DNA of 64,000 nt, taken from positions 104,534,001-104,598,000 of the forward strand of contig NC_058368.1 in the NCBI RefSeq assembly GCF_018350175.1, read 5' to 3'. Positions 62,040-64,000 of this stretch are shown piece by piece. Source of the DNA: Felis catus (lineage: Eukaryota). Numbering within the stretch: position 1 is the first letter of the stretch; each line of letters opens with the position of its first letter. The notes beneath the pieces are model-generated. The model was not told the origin of the DNA. It did no database searches and saw nothing but the letters and a program-made list of their open reading frames with translations. Position numbers and translations under genes: made by a program.

Positions 62040-62540
62040 TATATATATTGCAGGGATTTGACCTTATGAAATGTGAACACTGATTAAAGAGTCTTTATAA
62101 GGCTATGGTGTTTACGTCGAGTGTTGGAGTCAGGAGGTTTGGAATGAAAGACGGAAGTAAAGAGGGGGTGATCAAGACAAGCCGGAACCCGTAAACACAA
62201 GCCGGAGCCTGTGAGGACAGACCAAAACTCCTTTTAGTTCCTGTTGCCTCTAATCTTGATTTTTCGTGTTTCCTACAGAAACTAGAGCCTTATATCATGA
62301 TTAGCAAACAACCCTGGTCTGGGGGTCAGTGAATCTTCGTGGGGATCTGCAGAAGGTGCAGCTGTTGGAAACTCCCCGGCTGCTTCACAGTCGTGAGGTG
62401 AGCTGACAGGTGAGCGACAGTGCCCTGCAAACCTTTCACAGGGATCTTGCTTATGGCCCATCTAAATGGAAATGCACAGAAAATGGGGTTTGGGGAAACC
62501 AGAGTCAGCCTGGTCAAGCGGCCACAAAGCCAGTGCTCAT
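62040..62540 (-). mobile_element. MLT2F-like ERVL LTR (main part; terminal piece displaced to 61323-61362)
   Basis: gggatttgaccttatgaaatgtg...agtctttataaggctatggtg...gacaagccggaaccc resembles recalled MLT2F. Confidence 0.6.
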
Positions 62541-62761
62541 ACGTGTTAGTACTCTTGCTCCTACCCTCCACGTCTTCGAGCTCTCTTCTGTATTTCCTCT
62601 CTTTACCCTTTACTGCTGACCTCCAGGAGAGTTTGTCCATCTGAGCTTTCAACTCACTGATTTATTCATCACCTTTATCCATCTTGCTTTATATCTTAAC
62701 TAGTGTTTTAGTTACTTCAGCTGTTACTTATTTCATACCTTATATTCAATTTGGTCCCCTT

Positions 62762-62935
62762 TAAAAAAATGTTTGTTTGTTTGTTTATTTATTTAGAGGC
62801 AGAGAATCCCAAGCAGGCTTTGCACTGTTAGTGCAGAGCCCGATGTAGGGCTCGATCTCATGATCCATGAAATCATGACCTGAGCCCAAATCAAGAATCT
62901 GATGCTTACTCAACTGAGCCACCCAGGAGCTTCTC
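62762..62935 (-). mobile_element. SINEC
   Basis: TSD tcaatttggtcc on both sides. Confidence 0.9.
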
Positions 62936-62996
62936 AATTTGGTCCTTTTTAAATGTTTTCTTATTCTTACTTCATGTTGCTTACATCAACGTTAAC

Positions 62997-63230
62997 TTTT
63001 TTTATTTTTATTTTTATTTTTTAATGTTTATTTAATTTTGAGACAGAGAGAGCGAGACAGAGCACGAGTGGGGAAATAGCAGACAGAGAGAGGGAGACAC
63101 AGAATCCAAAGCAGGCTCCAGGCTCTGAGCTGTCAGCACAGAGCCCCATGTGGGCTCGAATTCACGAACTGCGAGATCATGACCTGAGCCAAAGCCTGCC
63201 GCCTAACTGACTGAGCCACCCAGGCTCCCC
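62997..63230 (-). mobile_element. SINEC_Fc-type SINE
   Basis: TSD acatca(a/c)cgttaactt on both sides. Confidence 0.94.
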
Positions 63231-64000
63231 ACATCACCGTTAACTTCTTAATGTATTTGTTGTCATTAATTTCTCATTCCATCTCTTGGCATAATTCTGA
63301 TTCATGTGGTCTATACTGTCGAATTTGCCTATCTTTCTAACATAGTAGCTGTAATCCTTACATGGATTTCTGGTTTTTTTTTTCTTTCTGTTTTTTTGTC
63401 TTTTTTGGCCCCAAGATCTCTTGCTCCCTTTGACTACCAGCTACCACACATGGTTATGGATTGGGACATGGCTCCAGCCCAGACTCTAATTGACGTACCT
63501 GTAAGTGAATTAAGCCAGGGAAGAGAGCCCCGGGGCCACAGAACTGTTGGTGATCATTCCCATTTGCCCACCATCCAGAAATAACTTCTCTAGTGTGTAT
63601 TTCCTATTTAAGGGAAATGGGAAACAGGCTCTAGACTCTAAAAACATTACAGTCTCTGTTGATTTGCTCTCCTTGCCCTGGGGGTTCAGAGTGGGAGGGA
63701 TCCAGTGGTGAATACCCAAGGGTAGCTGGTGAGGGCACATTCCCTCTTTTCATCCCTCCTCACTTCCGTGGGGCTTTTGCTCTGCCCTTGTTGTACCCTG
63801 CTGACCCCTGCAGTCTCAGCTGTTGCTGCCAGTTTCTGTGGTGATTAACAAACTGATTGTCCACCTCGGGGAGAAGCAACAGAAAGTTGTCCTCCTCTGG
63901 CTCCCCTCCCCAGGCTGAAGCCATTCTCCCCACCAACCCCCTGCCATGTCCCTGCCACCCCCCACCCCCCACCCCATCCGTTTCCTGAGTATGCAGACTT

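Larger units (their letters stand above)
57395..63050 (-). mobile_element. Highly degenerate L1M/L1ME body (ORF2 to ORF1) hosting younger insertions
   Basis: T-rich antisense L1 motifs (tcagtcttatcagaggtttatc...ttttcaaaaacagaactttt; ccatttatatttattgtaattgctg; ttcaactcactgatt); segment 61250-61983 is in the opposite orientation. Confidence 0.65.

Noticed and set aside
52100..63230. All ten SINEs from 52 kb onward are on the minus strand
   Set aside because: Largely explained by the T-rich plus strand of host antisense L1s supplying same-orientation TT/AAAA endonuclease targets

Overview
Mammalian genomic DNA, almost certainly felid: it has abundant SINEC_Fc-type tRNA-derived SINEs and a feline-type L1 3' end. 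It is essentially non-coding. The only convincing genic landmark is a CpG island at ~4.4-4.9 kb with ETS/GC-box/CCAAT motifs and divergent splice donors, read here as a probable bidirectional promoter. A candidate minus-strand exon lies at 921-1065; I cannot name the gene. The rest is intronic/intergenic and packed with ~36 SINEC copies, L1, L2, MIR and CR1 relics, MaLR/ERV solo LTRs, DNA transposon fossils (Tigger2-, Charlie-, Arthur1-, MER53-, MER63-, MER5-like) and microsatellites. The only long recognisable ORF is the C-terminal part of ORF2 in a young 5'-truncated L1 (59661-61057). Most notable structural observations: an apparent ~730-bp micro-inversion (61250-61983) that splits an old L1 and an MLT2 LTR, several template-switch-like fold-backs and tandem duplications, and deeply nested TE insertions. 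I found no evidence of a novel multi-gene system. Repeat family names are from recalled consensus sequences and need Dfam/RepeatMasker confirmation.
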